Position numbers and translations under genes: made by a program
The notes under the pieces: model-generated
Told to the model about the DNA's origin: nothing
What the model saw: the letters and a program-made list of their open reading frames with translations, nothing else
Database searches by the model: none
Part shown: positions 1 through 11,552 of the stretch, in pieces
Position numbering within the stretch: position 1 is the stretch's first letter
How the letters are laid out: every line of letters starts with the position of its first letter
NCBI RefSeq assembly: GCF_964355755.1
Contig: NC_092675.1
Coordinates: forward strand, 925,812-989,811
Length of the DNA: 64,000 nt
Source of the DNA: Antedon mediterranea
Lineage: Eukaryota > Animalia > Echinodermata
Direction of reading: 5' to 3'

Positions 1-755
1 GAAGTATGTCAAATAATTATTCATCACTGTTGTATTGCTTTTTAACAGCTTAAGGCAGCTTGTAACCTTTTGACATTGAGACTACCCTTATAAACTATCC
101 TTATGAACATCCAATGAATACAGCTTTACTAACAGTTTACCTGGTTAATACTAATAAGTAGCATATGTTTAATGATCAACCACATCCTATGGCTCTGTTG
201 TCATTCTACCTTCATTACTGTATTTAACAACCTTTTAATTTAGTGTGGTTCTGCTGAATAACAGTATACACCAACAAATGTTATTTTTCTGTTATACTTT
301 ACTTACTTAGTCCAGGACATGCCCAAACTTATATCACTAGATTCCTCAATAATTTCCCATATGCCATTGTGACAGCCAGTTCTTCTCTCTGCATACCATT
401 ACCAGGTTCCATCTCTAGTACATCGATGTATGTTTTGTGTTATATTTTACTCAAAAAACTCCAGTATCCATTTTTTCTTGTAGATCAAAAATCAAAAAGT
501 TTAACTACCACTTTAAAAAAAAATATTTTAACGTATATGGGCCAATAGGTCCTCGGTAAATCAAATGGAGCTGGCCAGTTGCACCGGTTCTTCCTCAGGT
601 TTTGAAAATTGCAATGCAGAAGAAAGGAAATTTTGGAGCCCTCTATTTCAAAATCCTGGACCAGTTCTGAGTTATTTGGCATAAGTTAATGTCTTGGATT
701 CTTTTTAATTATTTGACAATTCTAAATGTGGTTCACCGTATTCCATCGAAACTAA

Positions 756-911
756 AACTCTGTCTACACTATCAAACTAGTTTGACAGAAAAAGTGTGTA
801 TGGTAGTGATATGCCCAAATATGGTAGTGATGTATGACATCATCATGTCCATATGGGCACATCACATTTTTTTTTTGTTACATAAAGATTGATGATAGTG
901 TAGACAGAGCT
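756..911. mobile_element. Short Tourist-like MITE, family with TIR AGCTCTGTCTACACTATCAAA (copy 1)
   Basis: Starts aactctgtctacactatcaaac and ends gatagtgtagacagagct (inverted). The same family recurs 5 more times in the window. Confidence 0.75.
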
Positions 912-1805
912 TATAGCAGTACAGTACGCATATAAATCAGTTTTTTATTTGTTGGGACTTTTGTTTTAGTTTTCGTTTCATTGGAGATGTAGAAATTGAA
1001 ACTCAATTTTTGTTTTCAATGCTGAAATTAAAGGGTAATTTTTAAATCCAATTGAACTCTCACTATCAACATTGTATGCTTGATTCGCACTAATTCTTGA
1101 TGTATGAATGCTACACCCTTATCTATTTAATTGCTTTAAATCTTCAAAAGCGGGGGCCCTTACAAGAGATACTTCTTTATTAATGATTTTCTCTAAACCG
1201 CTAAATGGTAATATTTTAATATATGAAGTGTGGTTATAACAAGTACATAAATTCTTAGTATTTAGTCCTGTTACTTTAAAGTCATTTCCTTTTCCTTTTT
1301 ATTCAGTATCTCATGAATATTGATGAGTGTTTATTTATTCAAAGCTTACATGGTTCACAGAGAAGTAGTTCAAAAAGATAAAAATACTTAACCTCTATGA
1401 AAATTGATTTTATTTTTTGAATAAAAAAAATTTCTTAAAAAGTGTAAGTTCAGATAGTTCTTTTGTTTTTGAATAATTATGCATAATACAATATTGATTT
1501 TTCATGTATTATTTACAAGAAACTTAAAATATAGTTACTAAATATAGTACTATACCATTTTCCCAATTGTTCAGTGACATATTTTCTTTAGTTTGATATT
1601 CAACGTAGATTTATGCATGTTATGTTTTGAGTTGTTTTTTTATTTATGGATATGATTGAAACTGTATTTTAAGTAGGCCTGTAGTAAATGCTTGAATAAA
1701 AAAATCAAACTTGGTGCTTTAGAGATTGGTCCCTACTACTAGGGAGTAGGGAGAAAAGCATTCTATTTGTGATAGTACAACTATTATGTGCACTATTGTG
1801 AATAA

Positions 1806-2807
1806 GGGCCTGTTTCTGCTGCAACTGCTCAAAATACGGTATAAAAATACGGTATAAAATACGGTATTTTTTATACCGTATTTTTTAGTACCCCGTTTCT
1901 GCTAACAATACTTCTTGGGTGGTCGTGTTAAATTTCATCTTTTTTACCCAAATTGCCATTCATTTATTTGGTCGATAATTAAAAGTCGCAATAAAGGAAG
2001 TTTTACGTCTCACTTTCAACAGCCTAGCCCTAGTGATAGAGATGTTGTGAGAGCACAGAAAACATCGTAATGGGGACAGTTAATTCGTTCCCTCCCCGAG
2101 TTATTGTATTTTGCAATGTTGTACTGCTTTCGCAGGCTCTTCAGCTTTGAGTTTACTTGCTTTGGAGTCAAGTCTATTCCATACTCCTGCTTTATTTTTT
2201 TAGAAATGTCTTTATAATGTGGTTGTCCCTTTTATTAGTTGGCCAGACATTTTAGCTTCCCCACACACATTTATTTAGTAAAACTGTGACGTCTTCGCTC
2301 CACATTTTCGCCGAATATATCTATACACGTGTGTAAAGCAGCTGACAGCGACAGAAAATAAAAACATGAATGTTGACCTTTTGTCATGTAAAAAAAAAAT
2401 ACGGTATTTTTTATTGGCAGCAGAAACGGGTACAAAAAAAACGGTATAAATTTGTAAATACCGTATTTTATCCACAAATTTTGTGGGGAAAATACGGTAT
2501 ACAAAATACGGTATATTTTTTATGAGCGCAGTTTCTGCTGCCAAAAATATACCGTATATATACGGTATTCAAAAAATACCGTATAATATACGGTATTTAG
2601 TTGGCAGCAGAAACAGGGCCTTATTCTCACTTCATCATTATTGTTTCAAAATTAAATAATTATCTTAACCAACAGGAAGTTTAGCTTGTACTATACCTGT
2701 AAATGTTTTCAAATAAAGTAATATTTAGTATTACAGGTAGTAATATGGCATATACCATTATTATAAAAAGAGTATCAAGTATTCTAGTTGGCAGCAGAAA
2801 CAGGGCC
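1806..2807 (-). mobile_element. Non-autonomous PIF/Harbinger element with Myb/SANT relic and duplicated right TIR
   Basis: Left TIR gggcctgtttctgctgcaact follows TAA. Right TIR agttggcagcagaaacagggcc ends at 2620 (then TTA) and again at 2807 (then TAA). Subterminal aaatacggtat repeats are present. Confidence 0.8.
2050..2305 (-). pseudogene. Frameshifted Myb/SANT-like DNA-binding domain relic (Harbinger second ORF)
   Basis: Manual translation across two frameshifts gives MWSEDVTVLL/INVCGEAK.../HYKDISKKIKQEYGIDLTPKQVNSKLKSLRKQYNIAKYNNSGRERINCPHYD, which fits the Myb/SANT-like (trihelix) pattern. Confidence 0.7.
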
Positions 2808-3288
2808 TAAGTCTATTTCTATTTATATTTTTACTATAGTATAATAAAATTTAACAGTGAGTGAGCTGGTAGTATGGTTCATTGATATGATACAATTTTA
2901 TCTTTCCTAATAATATTTTATTCAACACATTAATATATGATTTTTTTTACCTTGACCTAGAATATCTGTCTAATACAATAAATATACCTTTTTTTTTTGT
3001 GGAATTATGGTTGTCAGGGCAGTTACAGTTTGTTAGGGAAAGTTGTCTCTGAGAATGTATTCAAACCTCTTGATGGTAAGATCAATCTACTACTGTGCAA
3101 CAATGATCGTCTTTCACCAAACTGATAAGATACAGATCATGGTTTTCAAACATTTCCATGATAAAATGATGTAGCAGTGATTTTGCCACCAAAAAAACAG
3201 GATATAGAACCAGTGTAGGATGTCAGCAATTAAGTGTATGACGTAAACACAGTAAATTCTCTGACAATCACACATCCTTTGGATTTCA

Positions 3289-3625
3289 AAACTGTCTGGT
3301 TGCCCAAACTGTCTGGTTGCCCAAAGTGCCTGGTGGCATAAACTGTCTGGTTGCACAAAATGTCAAACTGTCTGGTTGCACAAACTGTCTGGTTGTCCAA
3401 ACTGCCTGGTGGCCCAAATTGTTGGTTACCCAGACTGTCTGGTTGCCCAAACTGTCTGGTTGCCCAAACTGTCTGGTTGCCCAAACTGTCTGGTTGCCCA
3501 AACTGTCTGGTTGCCCAAACTGTCTGGTTGCCCAAACTGTCTGGTTGCCCAAACTGTCTGGTTGCCCAAACTGTCTGGTTGCCCAAACTATCTGGTTGCT
3601 CAAACTGTCTGGTTGCACAAACTGT
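3289..3625. repeat. 17-bp minisatellite (aaactgtctggttgccc), about 19-20 copies
   Basis: Directly visible. It explains the repetitive ORFs at 3114-3670. Confidence 0.95.
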
Positions 3626-5179
3626 TGTAAAAATCATGACATGCAATTAATAACAAATAGCTTTGGATAGCTAGTTTAAAATAGATATTTCATGTTTGAT
3701 TTAATAAAAGCAACCCATAAGTATGTCTTTCAGTCTGCTACTAGTTGGTTTGATTTATGAATAAGAAATGACATATGAATGAATGAATATTGTAAGCGTT
3801 TTTATTTGTACTGTATATTATAACATGACTTGCATCTAATACAAATAAGCCTAGTGGATTTGTGTTTTATACCAGCTTTTGTAGGATCTCTACATTCCTA
3901 ACTTAGGCCTATTGCATCACCTGGATATTTGTTCTTCCTCACTGCATTTATGAGGCTAATAACATAGGTTTTGAATTTAGGGTAAGCCTTGCTAGCCACA
4001 AAAACAAATTAATAAAACCGACTGGAAAAGAATGTCCATAATTCCAAAACAATTATTGTCAATTCTCATTTTAATGAATGTTTAATGCTGTTATAAAAAT
4101 ATGTTTGTTTTAAATATAAAATAAAACGTGTCTGTCTAGTGTACATACATTTTAGTATTGTCGTTTTTAATAGCATCCTACTGTAGTATTAAACCATGGT
4201 GGAATTATCTTATTTTATGTGTACATTGTTCAATTGAAGAATTAAAGAAACAGCTTTTACTTAAACATTTCATTTTACTGATGCTTCATATCTCACTTGT
4301 ACATCTCAGACAAGTTTACTTCTAGGTTGGTCCTCATTTTATGCTCTGTATTGTTCGTATGACATTAGATGAAATATGATGTTGAATTTGATTATCCACT
4401 AGTTGGTTTCTTGTAGGCCTACTGATATTAGGTACTAATAGTAATGTCAGGGTCATTGCAGCCTATACATCTAGGTAACACAGCAGGGGATCAAATATAG
4501 AGGAAGCTGTCTCTGTTGCCATCGGCAACTATTTCTAAAGGGCATCCATGTAGATGGTAGATGACTGTGAATGACGCAAAGGTCATAACGCTAACATGGA
4601 TAAGGTTGAATAATGTTATTCTTGCACTTTTGTCTATCAAATGAAGGATTTAGGTTTAAATATGGTTGCCCACCCTTACTTACTAGCTACTAAAAAGTTT
4701 AACCTATAAATATCCAATTGCGGATACAGGCCAAATCACTGCAATTTGGTGTAACCAAACTTACTACTAAAACTTGATTCGATGTTATGTTCAGGTTATA
4801 GGAGTGTTGTGTTAATGTTGAAGGAGTTATAATCTTGAGGGAGATAGGTCTTACAAATGTTGAACTTGTAACATAATCAAAACTAGTATTATGGATTGTT
4901 CTAACATAACATTTTTCTGTAGTCGAATTATTAGTTATCCGCATTCAGCGGATAACTCCTTGTAACTGTCCTGTTTCATCATCTTTTTAGTTATCCGCAC
5001 ATGGCAGTGTGCGGATAACTCCTTGTTATTGTATGGGATCTTTTTTTTTTTCTTTTTGGTTATCCGCAACGAAGTTGCAGGATAACCTCTTGTGATTGTA
5101 CGAAATCATCAACATCAACTTTTTATTAGTTATCCGCACTTGGCGGATAACTCCTTGTTATTGTATGGGATCAATATTT

Positions 5180-8100
5180 GGTTATCCGCAACGAAGTTGC
5201 AGGATAACCTCTTGTGATTGTACGAAATCATCAACATCAACTTTTTATTGGTTATCCGCAACGAAGTTGCAGGATAACCTCTTGTGATTGTACGAAATCA
5301 TCATCAACATCAACTTTTTATTTCTCTTCTTTCTTTCTGTATGATTTTTGTGGAACGCTTTTCTCGAAAACTTGCAAACATAACATTTTGTAACTTTCTC
5401 AACATATCGTCATGCACATGAAGATGTGCAGCGAAGCTTTTCATGATGTTTACAATTGCGCAACGTGACCTACGCGCGATTTAACGATTTTGTCGTATTT
5501 AACATAGCTCGACAACCAAATAACATTTCAACTTGAAACTTTGCAAAAGTTTAATTTATATCATGCGCTAACTTTCTGTTGAAAAAAAATTGCGTGTTTT
5601 ACATAAAGTTACGCGCGCACGCGCATATAAAATTTCAAAATGCGCAAAATTAATTTATAATCAACTTTCTACGCGTTTCATGTCGTTTTAAGCATGTCAC
5701 AAATTCCCACGCGTGCGCACATTTTTACGTGTGCGGTGCGCACGTAGCATTGAAAACGTATTTTTTTCGCGTGATTTATGTTGTTTCAGCTTTTTCAAGT
5801 AATTTTACCAAATTTTAAACAATTTCGACTTAAAGATACGTCATACGAGCACGTCGAATTGGACAATTGGCGCGCGTTTTTTATTAAAAGGTTAAAAAAT
5901 TCGTTTAAAATTTGCCTTTTTTTAAACAGTCGTAATTTTTAAACTAGACGGTCAACTTTTTGTGGATGGCATATTCTGGAAGTAGATGAGTTGTAGATAT
6001 CGAATCAGGTAGTAATATGGCTAACTGGACATTCTGACGTCATCGTATGGCCACACGAATATAAAATTTAGGATTTTTGTATCTTTCGTCATAGCTCATC
6101 ACATTGAATAGAGCGCATCTCCACTTATCCGTTTTCCATTTTCACCCCGATTTTGATATTGTCTAGGTCAATCAAGTATCTTTCGCATGAGTTGAAAATA
6201 TTTTAATTTTTTTGACGTCATCATGCCTAAAAATTTAAATCACGTGTGGCATTAATTTCATCTTTACAGTAAATTTTAATCTGTTATAGCTCGTAAGAAT
6301 AAAATGTGATAATCACGATTAAAACTTTTTCTGGAAGCTATTGGATTGTAGATACGAAATTATGTAAAAATGTTGCCAATCGGATGTTGTGACGTCATCA
6401 TATGGCTAGTTAAACAAAAAAGGTCGTATTTTCATCTTTTGCGTCATAATTCATTACATTTAAAAGAGTGCGCATCAATATTTCACGTATTCAAATTTCT
6501 TCTACACGCTAATACGTTGTTGCTGAGAAAATTTCCTTTCGGAATTGCTACCTTCGCGTTTCATTTTAAAACCGTCAACATGTTAAAAATTGCAATAAAT
6601 AGCGGGTCCCGTAATTTCACCTCTTCTACACTGTATGTGATATGGATACAGATACTGTGTATACTATATATGAATTTAAATAATAAAATTCAGCAATAAC
6701 AACATATCATATTCTTCAGTTCAGGTCATAATGCCAACGTGAACACTTCCTTTTGTCCTTAACCTATCCTCTTAATGTTAATGTTGCACCACTTGCGCGG
6801 CGGATAACCAAACTCGTCAAAGTGACGAGTTACATGTCTAGTTTCTCTTCTTTCTTTCTGTATGATTTTTGTGGAACGCTTTTCTCGAAAACTTGCAAAC
6901 ATAACATTTTGTAACTTTCTCAACATATCGTCATGCACATGAAGATGTGCAGCGAAGCTTTTCATGATGTTTACAATTGCGCAACGTGACTTACGCGCGA
7001 TTTAACGATTTTGTCGTATTTAACATAGCTCGACAACCAAATAACATTTCAACTTGAAACTTTGAAAAAGTTTAATTTATATCATGCGCTAACTTTCTGT
7101 TGAAAAAAAATTGCGTGTTTTACACAAAGTTACGCGCGCACGCGCATATAAAATTTCAAAATGCGCAAAATTAATTTATAATCAACTTTCTACGCGTTTC
7201 ATGTCGTTTTAAGCATGTCAAAAATTCCCACGCGTGCGCACATTTTTACGTGTGCGGTGCGCACGTAGCATTGAAAACGTATTTTTTTTGCGTGATTTAT
7301 GTTGTTCCAGCTTTTTCAAGTAATTTTACCAAATTTTAAACAATTTCGACTTAAAGATACGTCATACGAGCACGTCGAATTGGACAATTGGCGCGCGTTT
7401 TTTATGAAAAGGTTAAAAAATTCGTTTAAAATATGCCTTTTTTTAAACAGTCGTAATTTCTAAACTAGACGGTCAACTTTTTGTGGATGGCATATTCTGG
7501 AAGTAGATGAGTTGTAGATATCGGATCAGGTAGTAATATGGCTAACCGGACATTGTGACGTCATCGTATGGCCACACGAATATAAAATTTAGGATTTTTG
7601 TATCTTTCGTCATAGCTCATCACATTGAATAGAGCGCATCTCCACTTATCCGTTTTCCATTTTCACCCCGATTTTGATATTGTCTAGGTCAATCAAGTAT
7701 CTTTCGCATGAGCTAAAAATATTTTAATTTTTTTGACGTCATCATGCCTAAAAATTTAAATCACGTGTGGCATTAATTTCATCTTTACAGTAAATTTTAA
7801 TCTGTTATAGCTCGTAAGAATAAAATGTGATAATCACGATTAAAACTTTTTCTGGAAGCTATTGGATTGTAGATACGAAATTATGTAAAAATGTTGCCAA
7901 TCGGATGTTGTGACGTCATCATATGGCCAGTTAAATAAAAAAGGTCGTATTTTCATCTTTTGCGTCATAATTCATTACATTTAAAAGAGCGCGCATCAAT
8001 ATTTCACGTATTCAAATTTCTTCTACACGCTAATACGTTGTTGCTGAGATAATTTCCTTTCGGAATTGCTACCTTCGCGTTTCATTTTAAAACCATCAAC

Positions 8101-8362
8101 ATGTTAAAAATTGCAATAAATAGCGGGTCCCGTAATTTCACCTATTCTACACTGTATGTGATATGGATACAGATACTGTGTATACTATATATGAATTTAA
8201 ATAATAAAATTCAGCAATAACAACATATCATATTCTTCAGTTCAGGTCATAATGCCAACGTGAACACTTCCTTTTGTCCTCAACCTATCCTCTTAATGTT
8301 AATGTTGCACCACTTGCGTGGCGGATAACCAAACTCGTCAAAGTGACGAGTTACATGTCTAG
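5180..8362 (+). mobile_element. HINE-like element C2 (head 5180-5249, body 6842-8362), host of C3
   Basis: C-type head and C-type tail. Confidence 0.8.
5250..6841 (+). mobile_element. Intact HINE-like element C3
   Basis: Uninterrupted from ggttatccgcaacgaagttgcaggataacc to gcggataaccaaactcgtcaaagtgacgagttacatgtctag. Confidence 0.85.
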
Positions 8363-8378
8363 TTTTTTCTGTATTATT

Positions 8379-11300
8379 AGTTATCCGCACTTGGCGGATA
8401 ACTCCTTGTTATTGTATGGGATCAATATTTTTTTCTGTATTATTAGTTATCCGCACTTGGCGGATAACTCCTTGTTATTGTATGGGATCAATATTTTTTT
8501 CTGTATTATTCTTCTTTCTTTCTCGCTATTTTTGTGTAGAGCGTTTCTCTAAAATGTGTAAACATAACATTTTATAACTTTGACAACATGTGGGCATTTA
8601 CGTGAAGTTGTGCACCTCCTATTTTTGAATTACGTCAGAGTTGCGCAACGTGACTTACGCGCGATTTTATGATTTTTTATGATTGATCATAGATTAAAAA
8701 CTAAAAGTGATTTTTAATTGACACTTTGTGAAAGTTTAATTTATATCATGCGCTAACTTTCTGTTTGAAAAAAATTGCGTGTTTTACACAAAGTTACGCG
8801 CGCACGCGCATTTAAAATTTCAAAATGCGCAAAAATAATTTCTAATCAACTTTCTACGCGTTTCATGTCATTTTAAGCATGTACAAAATTACCGCGCGCG
8901 CGAAAAATATTACGCGCACGGTGCGTATAGAGCATGAAAATCATGTTTTTTTCTCTTGAATTGTGATTTTCCAGCCTTTCCTAGTCATTTTCAAAAAGAT
9001 TGACATCATTTCAAATTAAAATTACGTCATACGAACACGTTGATTTAGCCCATTTGCGCGCGTTTTAGTTGAAAAAGTTACAAAATGTTGTCAAAATTAT
9101 GCCTATTTTGAATGTTTTATAGCTTCTCAGGATCAACGATTACCCCTAATTTTTTTAACTTAATATGTAAGCAGATATGTTGTAGATATGAATTCATGCA
9201 GAATTTTTACCTCACGGATGTTGTGACGTCATCATATGGCCACACGAATGTAAAATATAGAATTTTTTTGTCTTTCGTTATTGCTCATCACATTCAATGG
9301 AGCGCATCACGCTTATACGTATTTCTTTTTCTCCGAGATTTTAATATTGTCTAGGTCAATCAACTATCTTTCGCATGAGATAAAAATATTTTAATTTTTA
9401 TGACGTCATCATGCCTAAAAATTTTAATTACGTGGGTCATTAATTTCATCTTTACAGTAAATTTTAATCTGTAATAGCCCGTCAAAATAAAATGTGATAA
9501 TCACGATTAAAACATTTTCTGGAAGCTCTTGGATTGTAGATATGAAATCATGTGAACATTTTGCCAATCAGATGCTGTGACGTCATCATATTGCAAGTTA
9601 AATAAAAAAAGTCGTATTTTCATCTTTTGCATCATAGTTCATTATATTTAAAAGAGCGCGCATCAATATTAAACGTATTCAAATTTCTTCTACACGTTAA
9701 TATGTTGTTGCTGAGATAATTTGCTTCCGAAATTGCTATCTTAGTGTTTCATCTTGATACCGTCGCCATGTTACAAATTTGAATAAATGGCGGGTCCCGT
9801 GATTTCACCTATTCTACACTGTATGTAACATGTATACAGATTATACTGTTTGCATGTATATACTATATGACACAAAATTGACAGAATTCAGCACTAACAA
9901 CATATCATATTCTTCAGATCAAGTCATAATGCCATAATTTTTTCTCTGTGCAATATTCTAACGTATGACGTGCACATGGCGTTTGTCGTGCGGATAACTA
10001 ACTCGTCAAAGTGACGAGTTACATGTCTAGTTCTTCTTTCTTTCTCGCTATTTTTGTGTAGAGCGTTTCTCTAAAATGTGTAAACATAACATTTTATAAC
10101 TTTGACAACATGTGGGCATTTACGTGAAGTTGTGCACCTCCTATTTTTGAATTACGTCAGAGTTGCGCAACGTGACTTACGCGCGATTTTATGATTTTTT
10201 ATGATTGATCATAGATTAAAAACTAAAAGTGATTTTTAATTGACACTTTGTGAAAGTTTAATTTATATCATGCGCTAACTTTCTGTTTGAAAAAAATTGC
10301 GTGTTTTAGACAAAGTTACGCGCGCACGCGCATTTAAAATTTCAAAATGCGCAAAAATAATTTCTAATCAACTTTCTACGCGTTTCAAGTCATTTTAAGC
10401 ATGTACAAAATTACCGCGCGCGCGAAAAATATTACGCGCACGGTGCGCATAGAGCATGAAAATCATGTTTTTTTCTCTTGAATTGTGATTTTCCAGCCTT
10501 TCTTAGTCATTTTCAAAAAGATTGACATCATTTCAAATTAAAATTACGTCATACGAACACGTTGATTTAGCCCATTTGCGCGCGTTTTAGTTGAAAAAGT
10601 TACAAAATGTTGTCAAAATTATGCCTATTTTGAATGTTTTTTAGCTTCTCAGGATCAACGATTATCCCTAATTTTTTTAACCTAATATGTAAGCAGATAT
10701 GTTGTAGATATGAATTCATGCAGAATTTTTACCTCACGGATGTTGTGACGTCATCATATGGCCACACGAATGTAAAATATAGGATTTTTTTGTCTTTCGT
10801 TATTGCTCATGACATTCAATGGAGCGCATCACGCTTATACGTATTTCTTTTTCTCCGATATTTTAATATTGTCTAGGTCAATCAACTATCTTTCGCATGA
10901 GATAAAAATATTTTAATTTTTATGACGTCATCATGCCTAAAAATTTTAATTACGTGGGTCATTAATTTCATCTTTACAGTAAATTTTAATCTGTAATAGC
11001 CCGTCAAAATAAAATGTGATAATCACGATTAAAACATTTTCTGGAAGCTCTTGGATTGTAGATATGAAATCATGTGAACATTTTGCCAATCAGATGCTGT
11101 GACGTCATCATATTGCCAGTTAAATAAAAAAAATCGTATTTTCATCTTTTGCATCATAGTTCATTATATTTAAAAGAGCGCGCATCAATATTAAACGTAT
11201 TCAAATTTCTTCTACACGTTAATATGTTGTTGCTGAGATAATTTGCTTCCGAAATTGCTATCTTAGTGTTTCATCTTGATACCGTCGCCATGTTACAAAT

Positions 11301-11552
11301 TTGAATAAATGGCGGGTCCCGTAATTTCACCTATTCTACACTGTATGTAACATGTATACAGATTATACTGTTTGCATGTATATACTATATGACACAAAAT
11401 TGACAGAATTCAGCACTAACAACATATCATATTCTTCAGATCAGGTCATAATGCCATAATTTTTTCTGTGTGCAATATTCTAACGTATGACGTGCACGTG
11501 GCGTTTGTCGTGCGGATAACTAACTCGTCAAAGTGACGAGTTACATGTCTAG
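8379..11552 (+). mobile_element. HINE-like element D2 (head 8379-8444, body 10031-11552), host of D3
   Basis: D-type head and D-type body. Confidence 0.8.
8445..10030 (+). mobile_element. Intact HINE-like element D3
   Basis: agttatccgcac ... gtgcggataact 12-bp subterminal inverted repeat, 3' hairpin, CTAG end. Confidence 0.85.

Noticed and set aside
483-670. Possible DNA transposon end (tccaggattttgaaa on minus)
   Set aside because: Only one end is visible and there is no TSD.
3114-3670. Repetitive ORFs of 80-138 aa
   Set aside because: Artefacts of the 17-bp minisatellite, open in multiple frames.
4933-5322. CRISPR-like array of palindromic repeats
   Set aside because: Eukaryotic context, no unique spacers and no cas genes. 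Each unit is the 5' end of a transposon whose body lies downstream.
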